In this document: piece after piece, positions 55,603 through 64,000 of the stretch
How the letters are laid out: each line of letters begins with the position of its first letter
How positions within the stretch are numbered: the stretch's first letter is position 1
Assembly: GCA_030059675.1 (NCBI GenBank)
Contig: JANVYQ010000004.1
Coordinates: 121,086-185,085, forward strand
From: Candidatus Pelearchaeum maunauluense
Lineage (GTDB): Archaea; Thermoproteota; Nitrososphaeria_A; Caldarchaeales; Caldarchaeaceae
Direction of reading: 5' to 3'
Length of the DNA: 64,000 bases
Program-made: the position numbers and the translations under genes
The notes under the pieces: generated by a model
Seen by the model: the letters and a program-made list of their open reading frames with translations, nothing else
Told to the model about the DNA's origin: nothing
Databases searched by the model: none

Positions 55603-56013
55603 TCACTCCCCCACTACTTGGATTATAACGTGCCTGGTGCGGGGGCCGTCAAACTCGCAGAGCATTATGCTCTGCCATGTTCCGAGCTTAAGCTCTCCCC
55701 CAGCAAGGGGTATGGTTAGGAAGTGTGAGAGGAGTATTGAGCGTAGATGGGCATGGGCGTTGTCGTCAATCCTATTGTGCTTATATGGCGCTTCAAGTGG
55801 GACTAGTTTCTCAAGCATCTCGTCAAGATCCCGCCTAAGGTGTGGCTCGTCTTCGTTTATCAGCAATCCCGTAGTCGTGTGGAGGACGAAGATATTGACT
55901 AGCCCATCCCTAATCTTAGACTCGCGGATAGCTTCGCCAACCTTGCTCGTTATATTCACCAGCTCTATACGCTTTCCAGTCTTCACGGGTAGCTCGCTGG
56001 AATATACCCTCAT
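55603..56013 (-). CDS. yjbQ: YjbQ/UPF0047 family protein
   Basis: HTTTGL.INE, NAHAHL, LGTWQ and EFDGPR motifs. Confidence 0.92.
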   Translation of the reverse strand: MRVYSSELPVKTGKRIELVNITSKVGEAIRESKIRDGLVNIFVLHTTTGLLINEDEPHLRRDLDEMLEKLVPLEAPYKHNRIDDNAHAHLRSILLSHFLTIPLAGGELKLGTWQSIMLCEFDGPRTRHVIIQVVGE

Positions 56014-56047
56014 ACAAGGGTGCAGTAGGCGCTGGTGTATATGACCT

Positions 56048-56842
56048 TTACCGCCTGAACGATGGTAGTACCTCCTCGGCCAGCGTCTTGATGCTGGGCA
56101 TGTCCCGCTCAAGGTCGCGGAGTATGACGAGTGATATTCCCATCTCCTCTAGTCTTTCCAGTGTTGTGATTATCGTGTCCACGCTGCCGTGTAGGAGCAT
56201 GTATGTTCGGCGGCGGAATTCGTCAAAGCTACCCAGCTCAGTTCCAAGCGTTCTGAGCTTCTCCCGGAACTGCTGTCCTCCATATGCTAAAACACTAGTG
56301 AAGACCGATTTCCTTATCCTGCCTGGCTCTATCCCCCTCGCTTCGCATATTGAGCTGAACGTCTCCAGAGATTGGGTGAGCTCTTCCAGGTCTTCGCAGT
56401 ATAGGTTGAGGCCTTCTCCTATCTCCGCGGCTACCTCCAGCATCTTCCCCCTTCTGGCTCCTATCCAGATTGGTGGATGGGGCTTCTGTATGGGTGGGTT
56501 GTTGCAGGCCGCTTCCCTCAGCACATAGTAGCTGCCCTCGTAGCTCACTCTCCCGTTGCAGCTCAGTAGTAGGCGGACAACATCCACATATTCGCGGAAC
56601 TGTCTTATCCTCTCGCTGGCTGGGAGGAAAGGTATCCCAAGGGCTGCGTGCTCCTCATCCTGCTGCTCTGAGCCAGCTCCAAGACCAAGCTCCAGACGCC
56701 CCCCGCTGAAGTGGTCCAGCGTCGCAGCCATCTTATCTAGAACCGCTGGGTGTCGGTAGCTGTAGCACAGGACCACGCTCCCAAGGCGTATGCGGTTGGT
56801 TATGACAGCCATGGCTGATAGCACAGTCCATGCCTCCAGCGA
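56048..56842 (-). pseudogene. 5'-truncated LLM-class flavin-dependent oxidoreductase
   Basis: Frame begins SLEAWTVLSAMA...RIRLG, RHPAVL, GRLELGLGAG, PPIWIG; N-terminal region including the DH motif is absent. Confidence 0.65.
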
Positions 56843-57087
56843 GGTGCTGCCCCGCCTATGAAGAAGCCGAGAAGACCGATTATCGCTACCGAGACTCCCT
56901 TAACATAGAGCGAGGCAAACGTGGCAGCCAACGCTGCGGTAGCAAAGCCTGCGACCAAGAAGATTAGCGCCTTGACTATATTCTTACCCGCGAAAATCAA
57001 AGCCAGGGGGAGGATGAGCACCAGGATTACGGTAAGCTGCATCATCTGCGGCGGGAGAATCGCCTGGAGTATGTTTAGGAAGTCCAT
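56800..57087 (-). pseudogene. 3'-truncated polytopic membrane protein (DUF4203-like N-terminus)
   Basis: Three TMs (LIFAGKNIVKALIFLVAGF), then runs out of frame into LLM sequence at about 56845. Confidence 0.5.
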
Positions 57088-57089
57088 CG

Positions 57090-59588
57090 TCAAACGCCCT
57101 TCACCTCATACCGCGCAATCCGCTCAGCAAGCCTCCTATTCTCCTCTCTTATTTTCTCCAGCTCCTCACGGAGCTGCTTATACTCAACCCCCTTCTCCAT
57201 CTGCTCCCTTATCTTCCGCGCAGTCTCCCGCGCTATCCTCTTTACCCGCTCATTAAGGTCGTTGCTGGCCATGTAGTCCAGCATGGGTAGTAGCTTGGGG
57301 TCCAGCATCTCGCGCGCAGCCCTGACTACGGCCATCCTCACCCTCTCATACTCGTCGCGCGCCAGCTCCCACAGGCGGTCATAAACCTCCTTCCTGCCAG
57401 GGAATTTAGCTAGAGCGATTGTGGCGGAAATCCTCACGGGAGTTGGCTTGCCCAGCCGCGTATAATCAAGTATCGTCCTCAAGGCCTCGTCGGTGGATAG
57501 CTCAGCCAAGCCGTGTAGAGCGCCTGAGGTTATCACGTCATTATGCGACGGCGTCCCAAGCGCTTTGAGCAGCGTCTCCTGATTCTCCACCAGCTTTATC
57601 TTTCCCAGACTCGTGGCGGTCTGCGCCCTGACATAGTAGGACTCGTCCCCCTTCTCAAGCACCCTCTTTAATGCTTCCGCAACCTCCTTATCTTCCCTGA
57701 AGTTTCCCAGAGCCTCTACTATGGCGTTCCTCACCTTGGGGTGCTTTACCTCGTTTAGGCATCTCAGCAGGGCGTCGCGGGCTTCCCTGCCCATAACCTC
57801 GCCCAAGGCGCGGGCTGCCGCGGCTGAGACGCCCCAAAACTTATCATGCTTAACAGCGTCCTCCAACGCCTCCACAGCCCTGAAGCCGCCCACCTTCCCC
57901 AAAGCCCTAGCAGCATCAAGCCTACAATACACATACTCACAACGCCTCAAAGCCTGGATAAGCTCCTCAAGCGGCCTATCAACCTCCAACGCCTTAAAGA
58001 CCTTAAACTCAGGGTCTATGCAGACATGCCAGGGCTTTGACTCGCATGGTAGGTAGAGCAGCACATCCCTCTCGCGTATGCTTATGGTGTGTTTAACGGT
58101 CTTGTCTTCTAGGTTTAGGGCTACGTCCAGCGTAAGATTATATACGCTTGGAGAATCATCCCCCTGCGTCTGCTTGAGCGAGAGCTTGAGAGCCCTTGAC
58201 TGCTCATCCCAGGAGTAGCTGGCCTTCAGCGCTGGATGGCCTGCCGAGTATATGAACTGCTCAAAGAACCACTCAAGATTCTTCCCCGAAGCCTCCTCCA
58301 TAGCTTTCCTGAAGTCCTCGGTATCAGCGTTGGAGAACGCGAAACGCTCCAAGAAGAGCTTAACACCACGCCTAAAGCTCTCCTCACCCACCAAGTTCTT
58401 TAAAGTATGCAGAACAAGACCGCCCTTAGGATATGCATGTCCATCAAACAGCTCCTCAGGATACTTATACACCCGCATCACAATAGGCCGCGAATACCGC
58501 TTACTATATTCGTCAAGATACATCTGCAAGTCGCGGTGTAGCTCGTAGGTGAACTCATCAACCCCCTTATCCTTCAGCAGGTAGAGGTTCTCAAAATACG
58601 TGGCGAACGACTCGTTGAGCCATATATGCGACCAGTCGCGCATCGTAACCATGTCGCCGAACCACTGGTGAGCCAGCTCATGCGCTACCAGCGGGTCGCT
58701 ACTATAGTCCTGATGCGCCAGCTCGTCGTGTAGCGTCATCTCAGTTAATGTTGTTGCCGTGGTGTTCTCCATCCCGCCTACTATGAACTCGGTTACACAG
58801 ACCTGGGAGTAGCGACTGAACGGGTATTTGACGCCAGTATATTCTTCAAAGAATCTGAGCATGTCTCCAGTCTTTCCGAAGCTCCTCTTCACGTCATCCT
58901 CCCTGCCGCGCGGGACGTAGTAAGCAAGCTCCACATCCCCGACGCGCTCTTTAAACTCCGAGAAAAGTCCAGCTGCTATGCTAATCAAGTAGGTGGAGTG
59001 GGGCTTGTCTAGGCGCCAGTGCCACCGCCTAAGCTCCCCAAGCTCCTCAACAGAAACCAGAACACCATTAGAGACAACCACAAAATCGCGGGGGAGAGTG
59101 GCTATTATCTCTGATGTGCATTTATTGTTGGGGTAATCATATATCGGGAGCCAGTACCTGTTATACTCTGGCTCTCCCTGGCTCCATATAGTTGCAACCC
59201 TGTTGGGGTAATGCTCGTCTGGCAGGACAAAATGCAGGCCTAGCCGCGGTTTTGTGTAGTATTTTACGCTGACTGTAATCTCGTTCTCCAACTTCTGGGG
59301 AAGCTTCACCAGCAGCTTAGCGCCGTCATAACTATATTCCAAGGCTTTCCCATCAGCTTCCACGCCGTCTATCCTCATATCAACAGCATCAAGCTCTAAT
59401 GTACCGCCCCTACCTGCGAGCGGCGTAATGGTGAGAGAAGCAACACCGCTTATGCTCCTCTCACCGACGTTAATGGTAAGCTCAAGCCTATAGTGCTTGA
59501 GCCTGTAAGAGGGGTCGCGGGGGTAGCGCGGCTCGTATTCGGGAAACGTGAAGTCCCGCCCCAGCTTAAGATAGTGCTGCTCAACCAT
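57090..59588 (-). CDS. M1-family aminopeptidase with C-terminal HEAT repeats and coiled coil
   Basis: GGMEN, HELAHQWFG-x-WLNESFA, YPKG; HEAT-like AARALG repeats; start ATG 59588. Confidence 0.92.
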   Translation of the reverse strand: MVEQHYLKLGRDFTFPEYEPRYPRDPSYRLKHYRLELTINVGERSISGVASLTITPLAGRGGTLELDAVDMRIDGVEADGKALEYSYDGAKLLVKLPQKLENEITVSVKYYTKPRLGLHFVLPDEHYPNRVATIWSQGEPEYNRYWLPIYDYPNNKCTSEIIATLPRDFVVVSNGVLVSVEELGELRRWHWRLDKPHSTYLISIAAGLFSEFKERVGDVELAYYVPRGREDDVKRSFGKTGDMLRFFEEYTGVKYPFSRYSQVCVTEFIVGGMENTTATTLTEMTLHDELAHQDYSSDPLVAHELAHQWFGDMVTMRDWSHIWLNESFATYFENLYLLKDKGVDEFTYELHRDLQMYLDEYSKRYSRPIVMRVYKYPEELFDGHAYPKGGLVLHTLKNLVGEESFRRGVKLFLERFAFSNADTEDFRKAMEEASGKNLEWFFEQFIYSAGHPALKASYSWDEQSRALKLSLKQTQGDDSPSVYNLTLDVALNLEDKTVKHTISIRERDVLLYLPCESKPWHVCIDPEFKVFKALEVDRPLEELIQALRRCEYVYCRLDAARALGKVGGFRAVEALEDAVKHDKFWGVSAAAARALGEVMGREARDALLRCLNEVKHPKVRNAIVEALGNFREDKEVAEALKRVLEKGDESYYVRAQTATSLGKIKLVENQETLLKALGTPSHNDVITSGALHGLAELSTDEALRTILDYTRLGKPTPVRISATIALAKFPGRKEVYDRLWELARDEYERVRMAVVRAAREMLDPKLLPMLDYMASNDLNERVKRIARETARKIREQMEKGVEYKQLREELEKIREENRRLAERIARYEVKGV

Positions 59589-59655
59589 AACTCGGCATAA
59601 CAATCTCATATAAATAAACCTACATACAACACCTAGACGGAGGGCAGTCCCTCCC

Positions 59656-59877
59656 TTGACGACAGGAGACGAAGAACCATACGTTAAGCACGCGATAGAG
59701 TATCTCAAGAAGAAATACGGCGATGTAGAGGTGGAGGTTGAGGAAGTCTTCAAATATGCGGCTGGAATTATAGAGGTATCAGGAACCATGCGTAGGAAGG
59801 GCGAGAAGACCAGGAGAAGATTTACGGTCAAGTTAGAGTCAAATAGTATGCGTGTGCTCGGTTTTGGGTTGAGGTAA
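59656..59877 (+). CDS. Small hypothetical protein, PepSY-like pattern
   Basis: Helix (AIEYLKKKYG) followed by beta strands ending FTVKLESNSMRVL. Confidence 0.55.
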   Translation: MTTGDEEPYVKHAIEYLKKKYGDVEVEVEEVFKYAAGIIEVSGTMRRKGEKTRRRFTVKLESNSMRVLGFGLR

Positions 59878-59900
59878 GACCGAGGAGGGGTGTCTGCTGC

Positions 59901-60191
59901 ATGTCTGATGAGGAGTTTAAGGCAACGCTGGCCGAGAAGCTGGAGCAGCTATACTCATACGTCAATAAGCGTAGGTTCTACGAGCTGTTGGGCGACCTTG
60001 AGGCTGAGAAGGTCAGGCAGCTAAGCGACGAGGCGGCGAAGCTGGCTAAGGAGCTAAAGCTAACAGGTGAGGAGGTGGAGCAGATGGTCGACGAGCTGGA
60101 CGACTACTACGTCTCTGGAACATCATCGCGCGGCGAGGAGTCTCCTTTAGATTATTGGGTTGAGGTCGTGGCTTCCCGCTTCAAACACTAG
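59901..60191 (+). CDS. Hypothetical acidic helical protein
   Basis: ATG with upstream GAGGAGGGG; 96 aa. Confidence 0.65.
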   Translation: MSDEEFKATLAEKLEQLYSYVNKRRFYELLGDLEAEKVRQLSDEAAKLAKELKLTGEEVEQMVDELDDYYVSGTSSRGEESPLDYWVEVVASRFKH

Positions 60192-61315
60192 GAGCGCGTG
60201 GCTATGCGGAGTATCTTATCATCACCCTCGCGCGGAACGCCGCGGCCATCACGATTACTCGTAAGAACATACAACGCGCCATCAGGGCCTTCAACAACAT
60301 CCCTAAGCCTGCCAAACTCCCCCTCACACAGCTTCTCATGCGAAACAACCACATCAGGTTCATCTCCTATCCTAACCATGTGCAGCGCGGCGCCGCGCAG
60401 GGCTGCGAAGAAAAACACGTTCCTCCACTCAGGTATTAGTCTCCCACTGTAGAAGGAGGCGCCAGCGGGAGCCCATGTCTCTAGCCCGCTGTGCAGTATC
60501 GGGTCAACGAACTCGCTTCTCCCAGCAGCTCCTATGACCTCTGGCCAGCCGTAGTTCTTCCCAGCCATCACCAGGTTGACCTCGTCGTGGGCGAACCACC
60601 CATTCTCCCCTGAGGGGCCGTGCTCAGTTGAGTAGAGGAGCCGCGTCTCTGGATGCCAGTCAATCCCCTGAGGATTCCTATGTCCATAGCTGTATATTGG
60701 CGAGCCTTTGAACGGGTTGTCAGATGGCACCGTGCCGTCTGGAGCTATGCGTAGTATCTTCCCAGCCAGGGAGTCAAGCCTCTGCGAGAGCTCCATCATA
60801 CGCGCGTCGCCTGTGGTTATGTACAACATCCCATCTGGACCAAACCTTATGCGGCCACCATCATGAATTGCCGCGCCTGGAATCCCGTTAACGAGTATCT
60901 CTGGGTCTGCCAGCCCGCCCTCATCAAGATAGCGGACAACCCTGTTCCAGAGTTTTCCCGCGGAGTCGCGATACGCGTGGTAGATGTAGATTCTAGTTCT
61001 ACTGTTCTTTAGGCTCTCAATGCCCAGGAGGCCTCCCTCTCCTACGGCTGCCACTTCAATACTGCCCCACTCCTCAACGCGCCCGCTGGAGAGGTCAAGG
61101 CGCTTAACCAGCCCTCCGCGTTCGGTGAAGAGCGCCTCGTCGCTGGAGATGAAGGTGATGGACCAGGGAATCCTGAGGTTTGTGGCGACAGGCTCCACAA
61201 CAACTTCACGACTCTCTTCAGGCCTCCTGCCGATGGGGCTGGAGAACATTAAGCCCAGCCCAACAATAGCCAAGCCTGCGCCGCCATAGATTAGGAACTG
61301 CCTCCTGCTCAGCAT
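60188..61315 (-). CDS. PQQ-dependent glucose/sorbosone dehydrogenase with Tat signal
   Basis: SRRQFL twin-arginine; GEGGLLG, HDGGRI.FGPDG, GHRNPQG and GRLRDV motifs. Confidence 0.92.
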   Translation of the reverse strand: MLSRRQFLIYGGAGLAIVGLGLMFSSPIGRRPEESREVVVEPVATNLRIPWSITFISSDEALFTERGGLVKRLDLSSGRVEEWGSIEVAAVGEGGLLGIESLKNSRTRIYIYHAYRDSAGKLWNRVVRYLDEGGLADPEILVNGIPGAAIHDGGRIRFGPDGMLYITTGDARMMELSQRLDSLAGKILRIAPDGTVPSDNPFKGSPIYSYGHRNPQGIDWHPETRLLYSTEHGPSGENGWFAHDEVNLVMAGKNYGWPEVIGAAGRSEFVDPILHSGLETWAPAGASFYSGRLIPEWRNVFFFAALRGAALHMVRIGDEPDVVVSHEKLCEGEFGRLRDVVEGPDGALYVLTSNRDGRGVPREGDDKILRIATRS

Positions 61316-61391
61316 ACTAGGCCAGAACAGCCAGCCCCTGCTTCAACTCAAATAGTTTGACCAAAATCGATAGATACGCGGGTTTGCGGCC

Positions 61392-62054
61392 TTGAGGGAG
61401 CTGAAGACGGTTAGAGAAGTCTCTGAAGCGCTCAAGCTACACTATGGCGTGGATGAGCGTTGGTGGCCTGGGGAGAGCAGGCTGGAGATAGCCCTGGGCG
61501 CTATACTAGTACAGAACACATCTTGGAAGAACGCAGCCCTAGCCATAAAGGCTCTCAAAGAAAGAAACCTTATAGCAGTAGAATCTTTACTCCAAATAGA
61601 TGCCCGCTCATTAAGCAGGGTTATCAGGCCTGCGGGCTTCCCCGAGAGGAAGGCCAGAACAATAAAACGCTTCATCCGCTTCCTTCATGAATATTGCGGC
61701 GGAGATACACGTTCCCTAGCACGCATAAAAGATGCTAGGGAGCTTCTGTTAGCTATAGAGGGTGTGGGTGAGGAAACGGCGGACACGATACTACTATTCG
61801 CCGCGGATTATCCAACCTTCCCAGCGTCGGCGTATCTCGTGAGAGTATTAGCCCGTGTGGGTCTAGCCAAGAGACCATACGGAGCCTGGCGTTCTCTCGT
61901 TATGGAGGCGTTGGGAAACGATGCTGGAGCGCTCAAGATATTTCACGCAGCTGTTGTAAGCCATGCCAAGAGCACATGCCTTAAAGAACCCAGATGCGGC
62001 GACTGCCCAATCATAGACCTCTGTAAATATGGGCGCGGAAAGCTGCGTAGCTAG
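61392..62054 (+). CDS. Endonuclease III-related HhH-GPD protein with 4Fe-4S motif
   Basis: GAILVQNTSW, GVGEETAD, C-terminal CLKEPRCGDCPIIDLC. Confidence 0.88.
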   Translation: MRELKTVREVSEALKLHYGVDERWWPGESRLEIALGAILVQNTSWKNAALAIKALKERNLIAVESLLQIDARSLSRVIRPAGFPERKARTIKRFIRFLHEYCGGDTRSLARIKDARELLLAIEGVGEETADTILLFAADYPTFPASAYLVRVLARVGLAKRPYGAWRSLVMEALGNDAGALKIFHAAVVSHAKSTCLKEPRCGDCPIIDLCKYGRGKLRS

Positions 62055-62188
62055 TCGGCCTGACCTCCACAAGCACAGTAGCCAAACTCATCAATACGGC
62101 TATTGCAGACGGCGCATATATCATCCGAATATACCACATCTTCAGCCTTCTTACCGAAGTTCCTGATATGCGAATTCTCTTCCACCAT
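62051..62188 (-). CDS. 45-aa Cys-rich microprotein (not in ORF track)
   Basis: MVEENSHIRNFGKKAEDVVYSDDICAVCNSRIDEFGYCACGGQAD; CxxC-x9-CxC. Confidence 0.65.
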   Translation of the reverse strand: MVEENSHIRNFGKKAEDVVYSDDICAVCNSRIDEFGYCACGGQAD

Positions 62189-62266
62189 GAAATAACGTGA
62201 GTAAACATATCCCATATGTAATGAGCCTTTCTTATCTACGCTATAACTGGGTTTACCGCCGTACTA

Positions 62267-62800
62267 CTATATCTTGAAGTCCCACATCCCTATCCATCTA
62301 CTCGTGAGCCTGCTCATTATGCCGCTCTCTAGAACGTCTAGTAGGTTTTTCACCTTCTCGTGCTCGGTCAAGACGTATCTAACATACCCGTTCTCCGTCC
62401 TTTCTTTTGAGATTATGCGCATGGATTCTAGGCGTTTTAGATACCATGCAACCGTTGAGGGTGATAGGTTTAGAACCTTCACCAGCTCGTTGAATGTTGC
62501 TTCGTGATTCATCACCAGAAATCTTAGAATCTTCTTGATGTTGGGCTGGCGTAGTATTCCTATTACTTTAGCATCGTCAGGTATTATCTCCGATGGGTAG
62601 AAACGGGTATATCCGAGTATGTGATGCCTCTTCACGAGGCCCTCGTCCTCAAGCCTCTCAAGATGATACTGCAACGTACCGTTGGGAACACCTAACACGC
62701 GTTGAATACCCTTGAAGTGTAGGCCAGGTATGCTGATTATCAGGCCAAGTATCCTTTCTTTAAGGCTATTATTCTCAAACTCTCCTGAGCCTCTCATCAT
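62267..62800 (-). CDS. Double wHTH transcriptional regulator
   Basis: PGLHF...GTLQYHLERL and SPSTVAWYLKRL helices. Confidence 0.85.
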   Translation of the reverse strand: MMRGSGEFENNSLKERILGLIISIPGLHFKGIQRVLGVPNGTLQYHLERLEDEGLVKRHHILGYTRFYPSEIIPDDAKVIGILRQPNIKKILRFLVMNHEATFNELVKVLNLSPSTVAWYLKRLESMRIISKERTENGYVRYVLTEHEKVKNLLDVLESGIMSRLTSRWIGMWDFKI

Positions 62801-63200
62801 CCCCCTCCCTCACCAAAAGCCCGCCTATCAGCAGGCTTATCATAAGAACATCCAGCCAGTGACTTATCGGGTCGTTTATGACGGGAATCATGGGCTCGCG
62901 GAGGAGCATGTATGAGGAGCTTAGGAATGTAAGCGCCTGGTTGGCGGCCAAGACCCCGAAGGCCGTCATTAAGAAGAAGAACTGCCGCCTCCCGTCTTGC
63001 AGGTATGCGTGAATAGCTACCACTAGGAGAAATATGGAAAAGACTAGCGAGAGAAGATGAACGGCGTCATGAAATGATACCACAAGCGCCCGCGAGCCGA
63101 ATACGCCGAGAACTAACGGCATTAAAGCGTAGAGCGATACCGCGCCATTTCGGACTTTAATCATGAAAGCCCGACAGCTAAATAGTCTGCATCTCCTCAT
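62775..63200 (-). CDS. Small membrane protein upstream of the double-wHTH gene (start uncertain)
   Basis: Three to four TMs with AY...RQFFFLMTAF and HWLD. Confidence 0.55.
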   Translation of the reverse strand: MRRCRLFSCRAFMIKVRNGAVSLYALMPLVLGVFGSRALVVSFHDAVHLLSLVFSIFLLVVAIHAYLQDGRRQFFFLMTAFGVLAANQALTFLSSSYMLLREPMIPVINDPISHWLDVLMISLLIGGLLVREGDDERLRRV

Positions 63201-63332
63201 TTAAGGATAACGGTACAATTATCAAAATAAACCTAAGACAGCTTACAATAACACGGCTTAACCAGCACGCCGCTATAACCCGCCAAATCCAAAGATAGAG
63301 TTTATAGCGGCTACTACCATAAGCTATGGCCG

Positions 63333-64000
63333 TTGGGCAAAATACTGCTGGGCACCTCTGGTTGGAGCTATGAAGAATGGGTAGGGCCATTCTACACGAG
63401 CAAATCTGAGCCGAAGCTCCAGCGCTATAGCAGCATATTCGACACTGTGGAGATAGACTCGACTTTCTACTCCTATCCGACTGAGAAGGCTGTGCTTGTT
63501 ATGGTTAAGGCTGGGCCTCCAGGCTTCGTGTTTGCAGCTAAGGTTCCGCGCGAGATTACGCATAGACGCGCTCTTGATGTCAAGTATGGTGCTGCCGAGG
63601 CTATGGATAGGTTCGTGAAGTTGATGAAACCGATGGGCGACGCTGGGATGCTGGGCTGCCTCCTCATACAGCTCCCACCAAGCGTGCGCTACAACCCAGA
63701 GAGGCTGGAGAGCTTTCTAGAACGTATAGACCGGAGTTTTAGGATAGCGGTTGAGTTCAGGCATCCGAGCTGGATGAATGATGAGGTATTCACGCTCCTG
63801 CGGCGGCTTGATGTAGCATATACAATCGTTGACGAGCCCCTGCTCTCCTCTCGCGTGGAGGCTACGGCAGACTTCGCATACGTCAGGTGGCATGGAAGGG
63901 GTAAGAGGCCGTGGTATAACTATCACTACACGGAGGCCGAGCTTAGGGGGTGGGCTGACAGACTCAGCAGCATCCAAGGCTCGGTCAGGCGCGTCTACGG
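63333..64000 (+). CDS. DUF72-family protein (runs off the window end)
   Basis: TTG-GKILLGTSGWSYEEW.GPFY, VEIDSTFY, LIQLPP, VEFRHPSW and YVRWHG motifs. Confidence 0.9.
   Translation, partial: MGKILLGTSGWSYEEWVGPFYTSKSEPKLQRYSSIFDTVEIDSTFYSYPTEKAVLVMVKAGPPGFVFAAKVPREITHRRALDVKYGAAEAMDRFVKLMKPMGDAGMLGCLLIQLPPSVRYNPERLESFLERIDRSFRIAVEFRHPSWMNDEVFTLLRRLDVAYTIVDEPLLSSRVEATADFAYVRWHGRGKRPWYNYHYTEAELRGWADRLSSIQGSVRRVY

Noticed and set aside
1-64000. Many antisense or overlapping short ORFs; CRISPR, IS or proviral features
   Set aside because: The ORFs are shadows of well-supported genes; no repeat-spacer arrays, transposases or viral hallmark genes were seen by eye

Overview
This is a gene-dense archaeal core-genome segment with about 75 genes. 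I saw no transposases, integrases, CRISPR arrays or rRNA. PolD (DP2), CdvB/CdvC (ESCRT-III/Vps4), Elf1, an Rpn11-like JAMM protease, GatDE, Gins51 and Rpo12 occur together, which suggests a TACK archaeon, most plausibly Aigarchaeota/Caldarchaeales (inference). Housekeeping content covers translation, replication, secretion, mevalonate/ether-lipid synthesis, tRNA-Arg(CCT) and an unannotated C/D-box sRNA. Main leads: (1) a dispersed ESCRT locus at 1.6-8.9 kb, where a JAMM deubiquitinase-like gene is coupled to a coiled-coil protein that looks like a rearranged CdvA lacking the PRC barrel, a possible ubiquitin-ESCRT module; (2) Spt5 with a ~150-aa beta-sandwich-like domain inserted in its NGN domain; (3) an HMGS-thiolase-DUF35 operon whose thiolase lacks both usual cysteines; (4) a wHTH-ATP-cone-degenerate NrdD fusion; (5) a kinase-like gene facing two tandem nucleotidyltransferases; (6) a NurA-HerA pair without mre11/rad50; (7) CTG start codons, missed microproteins, a fossil Zn-ribbon upstream of mbf1, and a two-gene deletion scar. 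All family assignments come from motif recognition by eye; no database search was run.
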